Source of the DNA: Gemmatimonadota bacterium
GTDB lineage: Bacteria; Gemmatimonadota; Gemmatimonadetes; Gemmatimonadales; GWC2-71-9
NCBI GenBank assembly: GCA_039586365.1
Contig: JBDHKN010000057.1
Coordinates: 1 to 31,162 of the forward strand
Direction of reading: 5' to 3'
Length of the DNA: 31,162 nt
Shown: positions 29,771-31,162 of the stretch, piece by piece
Numbering within the stretch: position 1 is the stretch's first letter
Layout of the letters: every line of letters begins with the position of its first letter
The notes under the pieces: model-generated
The model's input: only the letters and a program-made list of their open reading frames with translations
What the model was told of the DNA's origin: nothing
Database searches by the model: none
Position numbers and translations under genes: made by a program

Positions 29771-30890
29771 TCGGTTCCTTGCTGCCGCTCTCGCCCTGGG
29801 CGTTCCCTCAACGGGACTGGCTCAGGGCTTTCGCGTTACCGGCCGAGTGATGCGTGTTGCAGAGGGCGATTCTGTACCGCTGGGGGGCCGTCAAGTCGTG
29901 TTACATGGTGTCACGGTAGCACAGGGACAGCCCATAGATTCCACCGTCACGAGGCGGGACGGTCGGTACGACATCAGCGTCGCCACGCTCGATACGGCGG
30001 CGAGCTACCTGGTCAGCGTCGAGCATGGTGGAGTTGGGTATTTCTCGCAGCCCTTTCTTCCACGCCAGCGGTCGACAGACACAATCGCAACTCTGGTCGT
30101 ATACGATACTTCCTACGGTGAACCGCGGATTCTCCTGAGCGACCGAAACATGATCGTTCAGTCGGCTCGACAAGACGGCACAAGGCGAGTCATCGAGCTT
30201 CTCGAGATCCAGAACCTGGGGTCACTCACCAGGATAACTGACGATACGAGCACTCCGGTTTGGCAAGCAGCGCTTCCGTCCCAAGCGATCGAGTTCGAGG
30301 TTGGTGATGCGGATGTCAGTCCGCAGGCGATATACCGTCGTGGTGACCACATTGCGGTGGCAGCACCCATACCGCCGGGGTTGAAGCAGATCCTCGTGAG
30401 CTACCTGCTTCCGTCCGGTGTCGAGGAAACATCTTTCACTGCCGACAACTCCATAGATCGTCTCAATGTCCTGCTTGAAGAAAATGAGGCCATGGTGGCG
30501 GGGCCCGCGTTTAGGTTCGTTGGGCTCGACTCGCTGGGAGAATCCTCGTTCAATCGGTATGCTGCGGGAGGGGTTGAGCCCGGTGCGGTGGTTACTTTGA
30601 GTCTTCCGCGACCCCCCCGTGCGCCACAAGTGCTGTCGGGGGCCGTCGTGCTCCTGACCACGGTTGTGTTCGTGGCTGCTTTCTGGTGGTGGATGCGCAA
30701 GCGTCGCGCCCCGGCGGTGGCCCGCGTGGTATCCGACGACCTTGCCAAGCAAATTGCTGCGTTGGATCGCGCTTTTGAGAACAAGGGTGCCAGTGTAACC
30801 ACCGAAGAGCGTGCGATGTACGAGCAACGCCGGGCTGAACTCAAGGCACGCTTGTCCGAGGTGCTGGCGACAAACGGGGGTAAGGGGTAA
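29727..30890 (+). CDS. Hypothetical exported protein with C-terminal membrane anchor (start uncertain: TTG 29727 or ATG 29703)
   Basis: Signal-like RFLAAALALGVPSTGLA; beta-sandwich-like N-domain (VTGRV...T..DGRY); TM helix VLLTTVVFVAAFWWW followed by RKRR; short helical tail LAKQIAALD..FE....MYEQRRAELK. Confidence 0.65.
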   Translation: MKSWIRKISASSLPSRFLAAALALGVPSTGLAQGFRVTGRVMRVAEGDSVPLGGRQVVLHGVTVAQGQPIDSTVTRRDGRYDISVATLDTAASYLVSVEHGGVGYFSQPFLPRQRSTDTIATLVVYDTSYGEPRILLSDRNMIVQSARQDGTRRVIELLEIQNLGSLTRITDDTSTPVWQAALPSQAIEFEVGDADVSPQAIYRRGDHIAVAAPIPPGLKQILVSYLLPSGVEETSFTADNSIDRLNVLLEENEAMVAGPAFRFVGLDSLGESSFNRYAAGGVEPGAVVTLSLPRPPRAPQVLSGAVVLLTTVVFVAAFWWWMRKRRAPAVARVVSDDLAKQIAALDRAFENKGASVTTEERAMYEQRRAELKARLSEVLATNGGKG

Positions 30891-30897
30891 GTTCTGT

Positions 30898-30931
30898 GCT
30901 GGTCGACCTGGGCATCAGCCCGGTCGTCAGC
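30898..30931 (+). other. GC-rich stem-loop after the last CDS (possible transcript end or stabiliser)
   Basis: GCTGG-T-CGACC-T-GGGC-ATCA-GCCC-GGTCG-TCAGC. No U-tract, so not a classic intrinsic terminator. Confidence 0.4.
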
Positions 30932-30975
30932 GGGTGTGAGGAGACTAGATAGTCACCTGACGTTCCCGTTTCATT

Positions 30976-31112
30976 GCGAGCGCGGTGTACGGAAGCCGGT
31001 GTGAATCCGGCGCGGCCCCGCCACTGTAAGGGGTGAATCCGTCGGCTCATGCGCCACTGGGCAACCGGGAAGGCGAGCCGACTCCCCAGAGCCAGGAGAC
31101 GTGCCTGCTCGC
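30976..31112 (+). ncRNA. Cobalamin (AdoCbl-type) riboswitch aptamer
   Basis: GGAA-GCCGG-TGTGAAT-CCGGC-GCGG-CCCCGCCACTGT core; GCCACTGG...GGGAAGG; GAGCCAGGAGAC box; closing helix GCGAGC (30976-81) with GCTCGC (31107-12); helix GTCGGCTC with GAGCCGAC. Confidence 0.93.
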
Positions 31113-31162
31113 GCCACCAACAAAGTCCCTCGTGGGGGGGGATGGTGGAGCGCGAACTCACT

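Noticed and set aside
1..31162. CRISPR arrays, tRNA/rRNA genes, IS elements, prophage or defence genes
   Set aside because: No spaced direct repeats, cloverleafs, transposase, integrase or phage-like ORFs; nearly all sequence is explained by core genes.

Overview
A gene-dense, roughly 60% GC window with every credible gene on the + strand. Most genes are translationally coupled through 4-nt NTGA start/stop overlaps. Gene order: alr (3' end), deoB, cdd, an orphan EutN/CcmL microcompartment vertex protein, a lipoprotein, a FadL/PorV-like outer-membrane barrel, mtaB, miaB, a ComFB-family protein, comEC, fbp, a methylmalonyl-CoA mutase large subunit, an FmdB zinc ribbon, argS, a PfkB kinase, purM, ribD, ribE, ribBA, ribH, nusB, a GT4 glycosyltransferase, hpf, hprK, mannose-family PTS IIA/IIB/IIC/IID, HPr, EI, metK, ahcY, a DUF151 nuclease, a membrane-anchored hypothetical protein and a cobalamin riboswitch at the 3' edge. 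The content looks like core chromosome of a diderm bacterium; gene order and protein style suggest Gemmatimonadota (inference only). I found no CRISPR array, tRNA, rRNA or mobile element. Best leads: (1) a lone microcompartment pentamer gene coupled to deoB-cdd and co-oriented with an outer-membrane barrel and ComFB-ComEC, suggesting a DNA/nucleoside-as-nutrient module feeding a sugar-phosphate microcompartment; (2) a ComFB-family protein (putative c-di-GMP receptor) directly upstream of comEC; (3) argS apparently starting at a non-canonical CTG; (4) a compact cobalamin riboswitch variant with a compensatory base swap. All family assignments come from motif recognition by eye, not database searches.
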